DNA from: a candidate division FCPU426 bacterium
GTDB taxonomy: Bacteria; Oederibacteriota; JAAXVQ01; JAUVAV01
Assembly (NCBI GenBank): GCA_040756875.1
Contig: JBFLYH010000001.1
Coordinates: 1,516,399-1,580,398 of the forward strand
Reading direction: 5' to 3'
Length of the DNA: 64,000 nt
Position numbers and translations under genes: made by a program
Shown here: in pieces, positions 55,746 through 64,000 of the stretch
Layout of the letters: every line of letters starts with the position of its first letter
Numbering within the stretch: position 1 is the first letter of the stretch
The notes under the pieces: generated by a model
Database searches by the model: none
The model's input: only the letters and a program-made list of their open reading frames with translations
Told to the model about the DNA's origin: nothing

Positions 55746-57887
55746 TCAAGTAGGGGTGGAATTCGAGGGGTTGACTTTGGAGAAATCCGCCAGGAGCCAG
55801 ATGCGGCGCGCCAGATTATACAGTAAATTCAAGCGGTTTTCCCGTTGCTCCGGCCGCTCGTCCATGACCATGACCTGGTCGAAGAACCGGTCCACCGGTT
55901 CCTTAAGCGTGCTTAAAGCCGCGAAAGCCTGCTGGAATTCCGCTGCCTCGACCAGCCGGGACACTTCCTGGCCGGTGGCCTGGCTCGCAGCCAGTAATTC
56001 GCGCTCGGCCTCGTGTTCCATGCGTTCGGGCCAGACAGGCTGTTCGGGGCTTGAGGGCAAAACACTGCGGGGGGTGCCTTTGGGCAGGATGTTGACCACG
56101 CGCGCAAAAGTGAGGATGCGCTCGTTGAATCCGGGTTCCTGCCTGAGCGCGCGGAACACTTCGGCTTTTTTCACCACAGCGGCTAAATCGTCCCACCAAA
56201 CTCCCAGCACGGCCTGGATGAGGTCCGGTGTCAATCCCCTGGCGGCCAGTTCGCTTTCCAACCGCCCCTGGATAAACGTTTTCACCTCGGCGACCAGCGA
56301 GTCCCTGCGGTCGCCAAATCCGGAAAACAGCCGGCAAGATTCCTCCAGCAAGGAGGAAAGAGGAAAATGATATCCATGCGCCAAGGCGATGGCCAGCAAC
56401 CCCTGCGCCGCGCGGCGCAGGGCATAGGGGTCTTTGCTGCCCGTGGGCACGAAGCCCGCGCCCCAGCATCCCAGCAGGTGGTCCGTCTTTTCCGCCATGG
56501 CCAGCATGGCTCCGGCCGCGGTCCGGGGCAGGCCGTCCTCCGCGCCACGCGGAAGGTATTGCTCCCGGATGGCTGCGGCGCTTGCTTCGGCCACTCCCTG
56601 CGCCAGGGCGTAGTAGGTTCCCATCACCCCCTGAAGGGCGGTGAACTCCTTTTCCTGCACCATGTTCGTGATCAGGTCGGCTTTGGCCAGATGGGCGGCT
56701 TCCCGGGCCGCGGCCGCGGCTCCGGGTTCCAGCCGCTGCGCCAGCCAGCCCGCCAGGTGTTCAAGCCGGTTGGTTTTGTCCAGCAGGCTGCCCAAGCCCT
56801 GGATCCACAGCACGCGTCCGAGTTCAGGCACCAGATCAACCAGAGGTCGTTTGAGATCCTCGCGATAGAAAAATTCGGCGTCCTTCAACCGCGCAGTCAG
56901 CACCCGTTCGCAGCCCGGCCGCAGGTTGGAGGGTTTGGCCAGGGGATTGTCGTGCACCGCCAAAAAGTACGGCAGCAGGCGGCCCTGGTCATCCTCCACC
57001 GCGAAAAACCGCTGGTGCTCGCGCAGGGTGGTGACAACGATCTCCCGGGGCAGAGTCAGAAAATGTTCGGAATAGGCGCCGGTCACGGTTCCCGGATGCT
57101 CGACCATCAGCGCGACGCGGTCCAGCAGGTGTTCGTCGGTCACGAGGCGGCCGCCGCATTTCTGCGCGGCGGTGTTCAGTTGCTGTTGCAGGCGGTGGCG
57201 GCGCTGGCTGGTGGAAACCGTCACCCAGCCCTGGGCCAGCAGCTTCAGGTAATGGTCGGCGTGGCGGATTTCCGCGGTGCGGGGGCGCTTCAAGGGATGC
57301 AGCCAGGAGACCCGCCCCGATGTCACGCCCGCGTATTGCAAGGGTATCAGTTCCGCGCCCAGCAAAGCCAGCAGCCACCGGATGGGCCTGGCAAAACGGG
57401 CGCCGCTGTTTTCCCAACGCATGGTCTTGGGAAAATCGAAGGTTTGCAAGTAATTCAGGAACAGCTCCGGCAGGATCTGGCGGGCTTCCTGCCCCACCAG
57501 CTTGACCTCGGCGCACAGCCGGTCATTTTCGATTTTCACCTGGCCCGGTTCCAAACCATGTTTGCGCAGAAACCCTTCGCCCGCAGGCGTCAGGTTGCCG
57601 TTGCCGTCGTAGGCCACGGAAGCCTGCGGCCCCGTGACCTTCTTGTTCTCATCGGGTTGGCGGAGGGCCAAGGCCTGAAGAAACAGGGTCAGACGGCGCG
57701 GGGTGGCCTCGAGTTTGACGTCCCCGCAAGAAAGACGAGCCTGGGTCAGCGCGGTCCGCACCTTGGCCTCGACCACAGCCAGGCGCTCGACGCTCACATA
57801 GTCCACCGGCAGTTCTTCACAGCCGATTTCAAACAACGCGTTGGCCACTTCGGGCCAGTGGCGGCGATGACGAATGGTCCGCGACAT
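55746..57887 (-). CDS. glyS: Glycine--tRNA ligase beta subunit
   Basis: LFEIGCEELP, TPRRL, F.RPIRW, KADL...V.EF..LQG.MG and GSKDPYALRR motifs. Confidence 0.96.
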   Translation of the reverse strand: MSRTIRHRRHWPEVANALFEIGCEELPVDYVSVERLAVVEAKVRTALTQARLSCGDVKLEATPRRLTLFLQALALRQPDENKKVTGPQASVAYDGNGNLTPAGEGFLRKHGLEPGQVKIENDRLCAEVKLVGQEARQILPELFLNYLQTFDFPKTMRWENSGARFARPIRWLLALLGAELIPLQYAGVTSGRVSWLHPLKRPRTAEIRHADHYLKLLAQGWVTVSTSQRRHRLQQQLNTAAQKCGGRLVTDEHLLDRVALMVEHPGTVTGAYSEHFLTLPREIVVTTLREHQRFFAVEDDQGRLLPYFLAVHDNPLAKPSNLRPGCERVLTARLKDAEFFYREDLKRPLVDLVPELGRVLWIQGLGSLLDKTNRLEHLAGWLAQRLEPGAAAAAREAAHLAKADLITNMVQEKEFTALQGVMGTYYALAQGVAEASAAAIREQYLPRGAEDGLPRTAAGAMLAMAEKTDHLLGCWGAGFVPTGSKDPYALRRAAQGLLAIALAHGYHFPLSSLLEESCRLFSGFGDRRDSLVAEVKTFIQGRLESELAARGLTPDLIQAVLGVWWDDLAAVVKKAEVFRALRQEPGFNERILTFARVVNILPKGTPRSVLPSSPEQPVWPERMEHEAERELLAASQATGQEVSRLVEAAEFQQAFAALSTLKEPVDRFFDQVMVMDERPEQRENRLNLLYNLARRIWLLADFSKVNPSNSTPT

Positions 57888-57918
57888 GCTTTCCAGCTCC
57901 TTTGAAGGTCTTTGCGGC

Positions 57919-58908
57919 TCAGCCCTTGACTTTGATTCGCATCGGGGCCAGCGGCCGCGCCGGTTTGGGCGCCGCAGGCTTGCGCGAAGTCCGACGGGTT
58001 TCGGAACGGACCCGGCGGGGAGGGGCGGCCGGGGTAAACCGCTGCTTTAGCAGCGGGTATTCCAGCGCTTCCCGTTGTTTCAAATAGGTTTGGGCCACCT
58101 GTTTGGCCAGGTTGCGCAGGCGGGTAATGTATCCTACGCGTTCGGTCACCGAAATGGCTCCGCGGGCGTCCAGCAAATTGAACAGGTGCGAACTTTTGAC
58201 CAGTTGATCGTACGCCGGAAACAGGAGTTGTTCCCCCACCAGCCGCTGGGTTTCCTGTTCGCAGGCTCCGAAAGCGGCGAACAAAGCCGCAGGATCAGAC
58301 GCTTCGAAATTGTACTTAGACCACTGCTGTTCAGGCGCATGAAACAGCTCGCCATAGGACACTCCCTGCCCCCACTCGATATCGAACAGGGAATCCACGC
58401 CCTGCAGAAACATGGCGATGCGCTCCAAGCCATAGGTGATTTCCACGGTCACCGGATTCAGATCCAGGCCGGCCATCTGCTGGAAGTACGTGAACTGGGT
58501 GATCTCCAAACCGTCAAGCCATACCTGCCAGCCCAATCCACCCGCGCCCAGGGTGGGCGATTCCCAGTCGTCCTCGGTGAAGCGGATGTCATGTTCGGCC
58601 AGCTTCAATCCCAGCTGTTCGAGACTGGCACGGTACAGGTCCTGGATGGCTGCCGGCGCCGGTTTGATGACGACCTGGAATTGATAGTAATGCTGCCCGC
58701 GGTTGGGATTCTCGCCGTACCGGCCGTCCTTCGGACGGCGGCAGGGCTCAATGTTGGCCGCCGCCCAGGGTTCGGGCCCCAGCACCCGCAGGAAGGTGAA
58801 AGGATTGAAAGTCGCCGCGCCTTTTTCCAAATCATAGGGCTGCACCAGCAAACAGCCCTGCCGGATCCAAAATTGCTCCAAGGAGCGGATAATGTCTTGA
58901 AAGGTCAT
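57919..58908 (-). CDS. glyQ: Glycine--tRNA ligase alpha subunit with basic C-terminal extension
   Basis: [31 protein letters not shown] and TYGLERIA motifs. Confidence 0.97.
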   Translation of the reverse strand: MTFQDIIRSLEQFWIRQGCLLVQPYDLEKGAATFNPFTFLRVLGPEPWAAANIEPCRRPKDGRYGENPNRGQHYYQFQVVIKPAPAAIQDLYRASLEQLGLKLAEHDIRFTEDDWESPTLGAGGLGWQVWLDGLEITQFTYFQQMAGLDLNPVTVEITYGLERIAMFLQGVDSLFDIEWGQGVSYGELFHAPEQQWSKYNFEASDPAALFAAFGACEQETQRLVGEQLLFPAYDQLVKSSHLFNLLDARGAISVTERVGYITRLRNLAKQVAQTYLKQREALEYPLLKQRFTPAAPPRRVRSETRRTSRKPAAPKPARPLAPMRIKVKG

Positions 58909-58920
58909 CGTGGAGTCTCC

Positions 58921-59670
58921 TCAGCCTTTGAGCCCGGCGACCGCGCGCCGGAATTTGTCGCTGTGAAGGGTGCGCCCCAATTGGTACAACAGCGCCGCCT
59001 CCAGCGCAGCCGCCGCTTCTTCCCCGACCCGGGGCAGCACGTCCAAACGCCGCACCTTGTCCGCGGGAAGCTGCCGGATTTTTTCCAGCATGGCCCGCGC
59101 CCCGGGCGAGAGCGGCAGCTCCGCCGCCGGTTCGCAGACCAGGCAGACCGCCCCGCCCCGGTCCGGAGCGTATTTCATCGGGCCTTCGCTCCGCTGGCAG
59201 CAGACGCACCCTGCCAGGTGCGGGCGGTAGCCCAAAAGGTCCAGCAAGCGGTTCTCGAACCAAAGGCCCGCGACCAGGGGCGCCAGGCCTGTTTCCAGCA
59301 GGGCCAGCGCCTCCTTCAACAGCGAGAAAATCTCCGGCAACGGCTGGCGGTCCGGCAGCAGCCGGTCCACCAATTCGCTCCAGCGCGCCGCGCTGGCCAG
59401 GGCCTGCAGGTCGGATTTCAACCGGGGATAAGCGGTCACCAGCTGCCCCTGCGTCACCAGCATGAGGTCCTGGTGCTCGCGCCCGTGCAGCTGGAGTTCG
59501 GACAGGGAAAACAAGCCCACGCTCGCGGCCAAACGGCTTTGGCTGCGCCGCACGCCCTTGGCCAAGGCCCGGCATTTCCCTTCGCGGTCGGTCAGCAGCA
59601 CCAGCACCCGGTCCGCTTCCGAAAACGGATAATGACGCAGGATAATGGCTGAGGTCCGCAGTAACGACAC
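58921..59670 (-). CDS. recO: DNA repair protein RecO
   Basis: EADR...LT...GK...AKGVRR, GYRPHL..CVCC...CLVC; upstream of glyQ. Confidence 0.93.
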   Translation of the reverse strand: MSLLRTSAIILRHYPFSEADRVLVLLTDREGKCRALAKGVRRSQSRLAASVGLFSLSELQLHGREHQDLMLVTQGQLVTAYPRLKSDLQALASAARWSELVDRLLPDRQPLPEIFSLLKEALALLETGLAPLVAGLWFENRLLDLLGYRPHLAGCVCCQRSEGPMKYAPDRGGAVCLVCEPAAELPLSPGARAMLEKIRQLPADKVRRLDVLPRVGEEAAAALEAALLYQLGRTLHSDKFRRAVAGLKG

Positions 59671-59738
59671 TGTGTGCAGATCCTTCCCGGCGAGTGGAGG
59701 CTTTCCCGGGCTAAAGCCGCGGGAATGGTCCGGGGGAA

Positions 59739-60095
59739 TTAATAGTATCCTCCGCCCATGCTTCCGGATTCCGCGGCATTAAAACCGTTCCAGACCGCGC
59801 CCGCGCCCCAGAGGAATACCATGGCCAGCAAGCCAAGAACAGCCAAAACCAGGCAGGTTTGGCCGAATTTTTTGGATTCCGGATGGGTTTGCGCGGCGAA
59901 AATCAACCCCAGCACAAAACCGTAAAATGGCAGCAGCGACAAGGCGTAGGCCAAAAGTTTCAGACCGCCGCGCGGCAGCGCCAACCCGCCGCTTTCAGCG
60001 GCCGGCGCCGGCGTGGCTTTCCCGGTCGATGGCCGGGAAGCAACACGGATGCGCTGTGAATGTTTTTTACTTTCGGCTGGCATAATGGTTTCCAA
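59739..60095 (-). CDS. Small membrane protein
   Basis: Two or three TMs (YALSLLPFYGFVLG...KKFGQTCL). Confidence 0.6.
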   Translation of the reverse strand: METIMPAESKKHSQRIRVASRPSTGKATPAPAAESGGLALPRGGLKLLAYALSLLPFYGFVLGLIFAAQTHPESKKFGQTCLVLAVLGLLAMVFLWGAGAVWNGFNAAESGSMGGGYY

Positions 60096-60178
60096 TATGG
60101 AAGAACCACGCCCCTCCCAAAGGAAGAGCGTGGTTCTTCCGTGAATGATTCAGGGGATACCGGCCGGCTTGGGGGTAA

Positions 60179-60703
60179 TCAGCCGCCAGGAACGTATCCG
60201 GTGATCCCGATACCGATGATGGCCAACAGCACTACGATCAAGAAGACGATCGCGATGGCGATGGCGACCGCGATGATGGCTTTCGCGGTGGTCAGCTTAT
60301 GGACTTCCTTCATGCCGATGACGGTTAAAATCAGGCCGTAAATCGAGCCCAGAACCGAAACGATCGGAATCCAGCCGATGATATTCACCACATTGGCGTA
60401 CGAAGCCAGGCGCAGCGTGCCTTCATAGGTCCCGGTGCCGCCGACAATGCGGGCGCAGATCATGAGCAGCAAGGCCGCCAGAAAAATGCTGATCACGACT
60501 GCGATGGGAGCAAATACGATTGCCAGAAAGCCCACACCCAAAGTGATGATGGTCAGTCCCACGCCCATAATCACAGCCGTAATGATGGCAAATACCAGCG
60601 GATCTTTGTATCCGCCGGTCGTGGGCATGGATTGGAAAAACTCCACTGGCTTGACGATGATCTTCTTACCGGTTTCGTAGTAATCCTTTAGAAATCCAGC
60701 CAT
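60179..60703 (-). CDS. YIP1 family membrane protein
   Basis: KPVEFFQSM...GG, GG.GTYEGTLR..SY and GMKEVH.L...KA motifs. Confidence 0.85.
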   Translation of the reverse strand: MAGFLKDYYETGKKIIVKPVEFFQSMPTTGGYKDPLVFAIITAVIMGVGLTIITLGVGFLAIVFAPIAVVISIFLAALLLMICARIVGGTGTYEGTLRLASYANVVNIIGWIPIVSVLGSIYGLILTVIGMKEVHKLTTAKAIIAVAIAIAIVFLIVVLLAIIGIGITGYVPGG

Positions 60704-60944
60704 TCTGTACCCCCTGTTCTTTATGAAGTGGTTGATTGTTTTTTAAGGCTATCATCGAATCCTGACAAAGTCAATAAAATTAATCGGGATGACCCACAAA
60801 AACCTTTGGTTTATAGGCTTGGAATGGGATTTGAAAGCACCCGGCCGGCGGCGGTAAAAGTCGGGCGGCGAAAACCGCGCATCTGCGTCGTAAGAACGTC
60901 CTTTAGAAACTCACTTTTTCACCGGTATATTAAATCTGCCTCGG

Positions 60945-62258
60945 TCAGCTGTTTTCCGGCATGTCCAGATCCAGAGGGGCATCCAGTTTTCGAATCTGTA
61001 TTTTTTCGATGCGTTTACTGGTGGCAGCCACGACCGTCAAATGCAGGTCCTGATAAACCACCTGCTCGCCTTTTTTAGGCAGATGTCCCAGCAGGTGGGT
61101 CACAAATCCGCCCACCGTATTTACATCCTTCATGTCCGGCAGTTCGACTTCCAGGGCGGAATTGATCTCTTTGATGTCCGAAGAAGCGTCCACCAGCCAT
61201 TGGGACAGCCCGATCTTTTCCAATTTGCGCTCTTCGGTGTCGTATTCATCCCGGATTTCGCCGACGATTTCTTCGATCAAGTCCTCCAGGGTCACCAATC
61301 CCGAGGTCCCGCCGTATTCATCCACCACAATGGCCATGTGCAATTTGCCGCGCTGGAATTCATGCAGCAATTCGTCCACTTTCTTGGTTTCGGGCACGAA
61401 GTAGGGCTGGCGCAAAACATCCTGCAGCATGATCAGTTCGCGGTTCTGAAGCAAGGGGATGATGTCCTTGGTATAAACCACCCCGATGATATTGTCCACA
61501 TTATTGCGATAGACCGGCATGCGGGAATACCCCGCCTGGATGATCTGGTCGATGATATGGTCCATCTGATCCAGGGCGTTGATGCACTCCATGCCCGTGC
61601 GCGGCACCATGACTTCACGCACCTGGGTCTCCCCCAGGTGGATGACGCCGTGAATCATCTTGTGTTCCTGGTCTTCGAACAGCCCCTCGTCCGCGCCAAG
61701 TTGTATGAGCGTACGGATCTCCTCCTCGGTCACCATCGGAATCGAGGCTCCGGGACGCAGGCCCAAAGGCCTGAGCACCACGCTGGCTGCCTGCACCAGC
61801 AGGCGGCTCAAAGGATTGAGCACTTTGGCCAGGAACACCAGGGGCCGGATGAGAAAGAACGCGATGGCCTCGGAACGCTGGATGGCCAGCACTTTGGGCG
61901 TGACTTCGCCGAATATGATGATGACCAGGGTGACCAGGGCGGCCACCAGGGCGCCTAAATGCGCGCGATTCAGATGAAACAGTTCGGATATGTGCACCGC
62001 TAAAAAGGCCGCGATCGTCGTGGCGCTGATATTGACGGCATTGTTCAGGATGAGAATGGTGGTCAACATGCGGTTGGGGTCGTTTTTCCAGGCTTCCAAG
62101 GCGCGGCCGCGGGCACCGCCCTTCTCGATGGCTTTGGCCAGACGGCTGCGCCCCAACCCCATGAGCGCGGTTTCGCTGGCGGAAAAAACCGCCGAGAGGA
62201 TCATCAACCCCGCCATGGCCAACAGTTCCAGCGTAATTTTAGGATCCAACAGGGTCAC
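60945..62258 (-). CDS. HlyC/CorC (CNNM) family transporter
   Basis: SAVFSASETAL, FGEVTPK, CBS pair (YSRMPVY, VVDEYGGT.GLVTLED) and CorC domain. Confidence 0.93.
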   Translation of the reverse strand: MTLLDPKITLELLAMAGLMILSAVFSASETALMGLGRSRLAKAIEKGGARGRALEAWKNDPNRMLTTILILNNAVNISATTIAAFLAVHISELFHLNRAHLGALVAALVTLVIIIFGEVTPKVLAIQRSEAIAFFLIRPLVFLAKVLNPLSRLLVQAASVVLRPLGLRPGASIPMVTEEEIRTLIQLGADEGLFEDQEHKMIHGVIHLGETQVREVMVPRTGMECINALDQMDHIIDQIIQAGYSRMPVYRNNVDNIIGVVYTKDIIPLLQNRELIMLQDVLRQPYFVPETKKVDELLHEFQRGKLHMAIVVDEYGGTSGLVTLEDLIEEIVGEIRDEYDTEERKLEKIGLSQWLVDASSDIKEINSALEVELPDMKDVNTVGGFVTHLLGHLPKKGEQVVYQDLHLTVVAATSKRIEKIQIRKLDAPLDLDMPENS

Positions 62259-62701
62259 CTCGCTCGGCAGGCGGCGAGCAGCGCGGTTTCCATAGCCCGC
62301 ATGCGCAAAGCCTGCGCGCGGCGTGCGTGATCATACCCCAGCAAGTGCAACAAGCCATGGATGACGATCAAATCCAATTCGTGGAACGCGGCTTCCGCCC
62401 GCGCCTTGGCCTGCCGCTTGACCTGGGGCCATGAAATCACCAGATCTCCCAGCACATCGGTATCCGGGGGCAGCGGATCTCCGGAACGGCGCTGCTCCCG
62501 CATGCCGAAGGACAAAATGTCCGTTGTCCGGTCCATTCCGCGATAGCGGCGGTTCAGAGCGCGAACCGCGGCGTCGGACGTGACCAAGACCGAAACCTCC
62601 GCCTCAGGCAGGCGCAAACGCCGCAAACTACAAACCAGTAAACGCCGGATTCTCGCCGCCAGGCCCGCGGACGGCCGGGGAACTCGGATTTGGATGTTCA
62701 T
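62255..62701 (-). CDS. ybeY: rRNA maturation endoribonuclease YbeY
   Basis: LNRRYRG.D..TDILSF, LGDLVIS and HGLLHLLGYDH motifs. Confidence 0.93.
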   Translation of the reverse strand: MNIQIRVPRPSAGLAARIRRLLVCSLRRLRLPEAEVSVLVTSDAAVRALNRRYRGMDRTTDILSFGMREQRRSGDPLPPDTDVLGDLVISWPQVKRQAKARAEAAFHELDLIVIHGLLHLLGYDHARRAQALRMRAMETALLAACRAR

Positions 62702-62867
62702 GTGGGAATGCCGCACCAGGCGGCCGGCATACCGCCGCACAGAGGTGCGTCAGAAAGGATGCGCCCAGGCGCAAGTGAGGCCTTCGCAATACCTGTAAAG
62801 GTTATGGATGGATGAACGCTGCCTTGCAAGCGCGAAATCAGACTCCTTCGCAACCGGCCGAGGTCTG

Positions 62868-62910
62868 CGGATGAAAAAAGGGACCCGAAACAGGTCCCTT
62901 TTTTCATCCG
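62868..62910. terminator. Intrinsic terminator after the LysM gene
   Basis: CGGATGAAAAAAGGGACC...GGTCCCTTTTTTCATCCG long inverted repeat. Confidence 0.85.
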
Positions 62911-62921
62911 TTTTCCCCGAA

Positions 62922-63341
62922 TCAATATTCAACCGGCAAAGTTCGGCGCGGTTTGGTATGGTGCTTATAGCGCGGCGTACGCTTGGCGTTCTCGATTGCC
63001 TGCGCCACTTCTTCCTGGCTAAACTCGCGCGAGATCGACAAATCCTGGCCGATTTCGATAATATCCGGATCCTCGATCTGGTCGCGGTTGGCCTTGAAGA
63101 TCAAGGGCCACTGAAAATTATCCCCATAGATATCGGATTGACCCGAAATATCCCACAGCGTGTCTCCCCTGACAACAGAATACCGCTGCATTTCCGGGGT
63201 CGCCTCCGGCGTCGGCTCGGCCATCGGCATGGGCGTGGGTTCAGGTTGCACCGCTTTTTTACCGCCGCAACCCATCACTCCTGCCAAACCGCAAACCAAA
63301 ACCGCCACCATCGTCCCTTTCAGCCATGCAGTTTTCTTCAT
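62922..63341 (-). CDS. LysM-domain lipoprotein
   Basis: VMGC lipobox; YSVVRGDTLWDIS...W..IF.AN..I.DPD.I..GQ.L. Confidence 0.9.
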   Translation of the reverse strand: MKKTAWLKGTMVAVLVCGLAGVMGCGGKKAVQPEPTPMPMAEPTPEATPEMQRYSVVRGDTLWDISGQSDIYGDNFQWPLIFKANRDQIEDPDIIEIGQDLSISREFSQEEVAQAIENAKRTPRYKHHTKPRRTLPVEY

Positions 63342-63398
63342 TCCCTTTCACCTCCTTCCAACTCAGAGTGGATTGGGTCCCTTGTAGTCCGTGCAGTC

Positions 63399-64000
63399 CT
63401 ACTTAAACGTCAGCGTTGCCATCCGGCACAAGACCAATGGTGCCCTTGTTTCCCCAGGACCGGACACAGGCACGTAATCGTACTCGGGTTCGATCCCTAT
63501 GCGACCCGACAGCAGTAAATCATCTTTACCTGCCGAACGGGAATTGATGTCCCACACCGCAAATCCTATGCCGAAGGTCGCTCCCACCAAGCCTCCGAGC
63601 CCGATCCCGATGGTGAAATCTTCGGGATCCTTGTCCCGCATATACGGCAGGGTTGCGATCACCAGCCCGAGCATCGCGCCGATGCCGGTGCCGCCCACCG
63701 TGTATTCCGAAAAAGTAAACCCGGTATCCTGCCGGTCCGTGCTGATCTCGTAGATGCCGATCCCCGTGCCCAGCACTGCGCCGGTCAAAAACCCGTATAC
63801 CGCTCCGGTCAGCAGGTAATCGGGATTGTAATTGTTATCCAAACCATACGCCAGCGTGCCGGCGGACAACCCAACCATCAAGCCGGCGCCGGCGCCGCCT
63901 AGGATATTATTGGCGATCATTGGACCCCGGGCAGGCCCAGCTGACACCGGAATCGCGGTACTCCAGAAAGAAAAAAATAAAAATATCAACGTGATTGCAG
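63399..64000 (-). CDS. Glycine-zipper-rich membrane protein; 5' end lies outside the window
   Basis: Frame is open to the window edge; repeated GxxxGxxxG helices. Confidence 0.6.
   Translation of the reverse strand, partial: AITLIFLFFSFWSTAIPVSAGPARGPMIANNILGGAGAGLMVGLSAGTLAYGLDNNYNPDYLLTGAVYGFLTGAVLGTGIGIYEISTDRQDTGFTFSEYTVGGTGIGAMLGLVIATLPYMRDKDPEDFTIGIGLGGLVGATFGIGFAVWDINSRSAGKDDLLLSGRIGIEPEYDYVPVSGPGETRAPLVLCRMATLTFK

Noticed and set aside
62702-62867. Riboswitch (fluoride, Mg or Mn type) upstream of ybeY-CNNM
   Set aside because: GC-rich short stems only; no recognisable consensus.
1-64000. CRISPR array, cas genes, transposases, rRNA
   Set aside because: No regularly spaced repeats or diagnostic motifs were seen on manual reading.

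Overview
GC-rich bacterial chromosomal segment, probably from a diderm anaerobe. It carries lipoproteins, a beta-barrel-like protein, a class III RNR, rubrerythrin/flavodiiron genes and ppdK; assignment to an uncultured lineage is inference only. About 60 genes are present, mostly on the minus strand. Main blocks: an NrdR-controlled anaerobic ribonucleotide reductase operon; a GldA/F/G-type ABC operon; phoH-like and ilvE; a ~1200-aa modular exported protein; four stand-alone PilZ genes around a large membrane protein and a degenerate M23 protein; EF-G2; a diguanylate cyclase; a perR-rbr-oxidoreductase-fprA(frameshifted)-rhodanese operon; a SAM-I riboswitch with metX-metW; a rhomboid; a sigma54 response regulator; tRNA-Gly, -Cys and -Leu; a TPR + ExeA-like pair; a MerR-GGDEF fusion; and tyrS, PBP1A, ppdK, glyS/glyQ/recO, a CNNM transporter, ybeY and a LysM protein. 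The most striking observation is a split NrdD. The large subunit stops within the Zn-ribbon and has no glycyl-radical motif. A 49-aa ORF missing from the ORF track (1442-1591) carries the YSRVVGY radical loop and probably the last Zn ligand, and a Cys-rich membrane protein gene sits between the two halves. No CRISPR array, transposase or integrase was seen.
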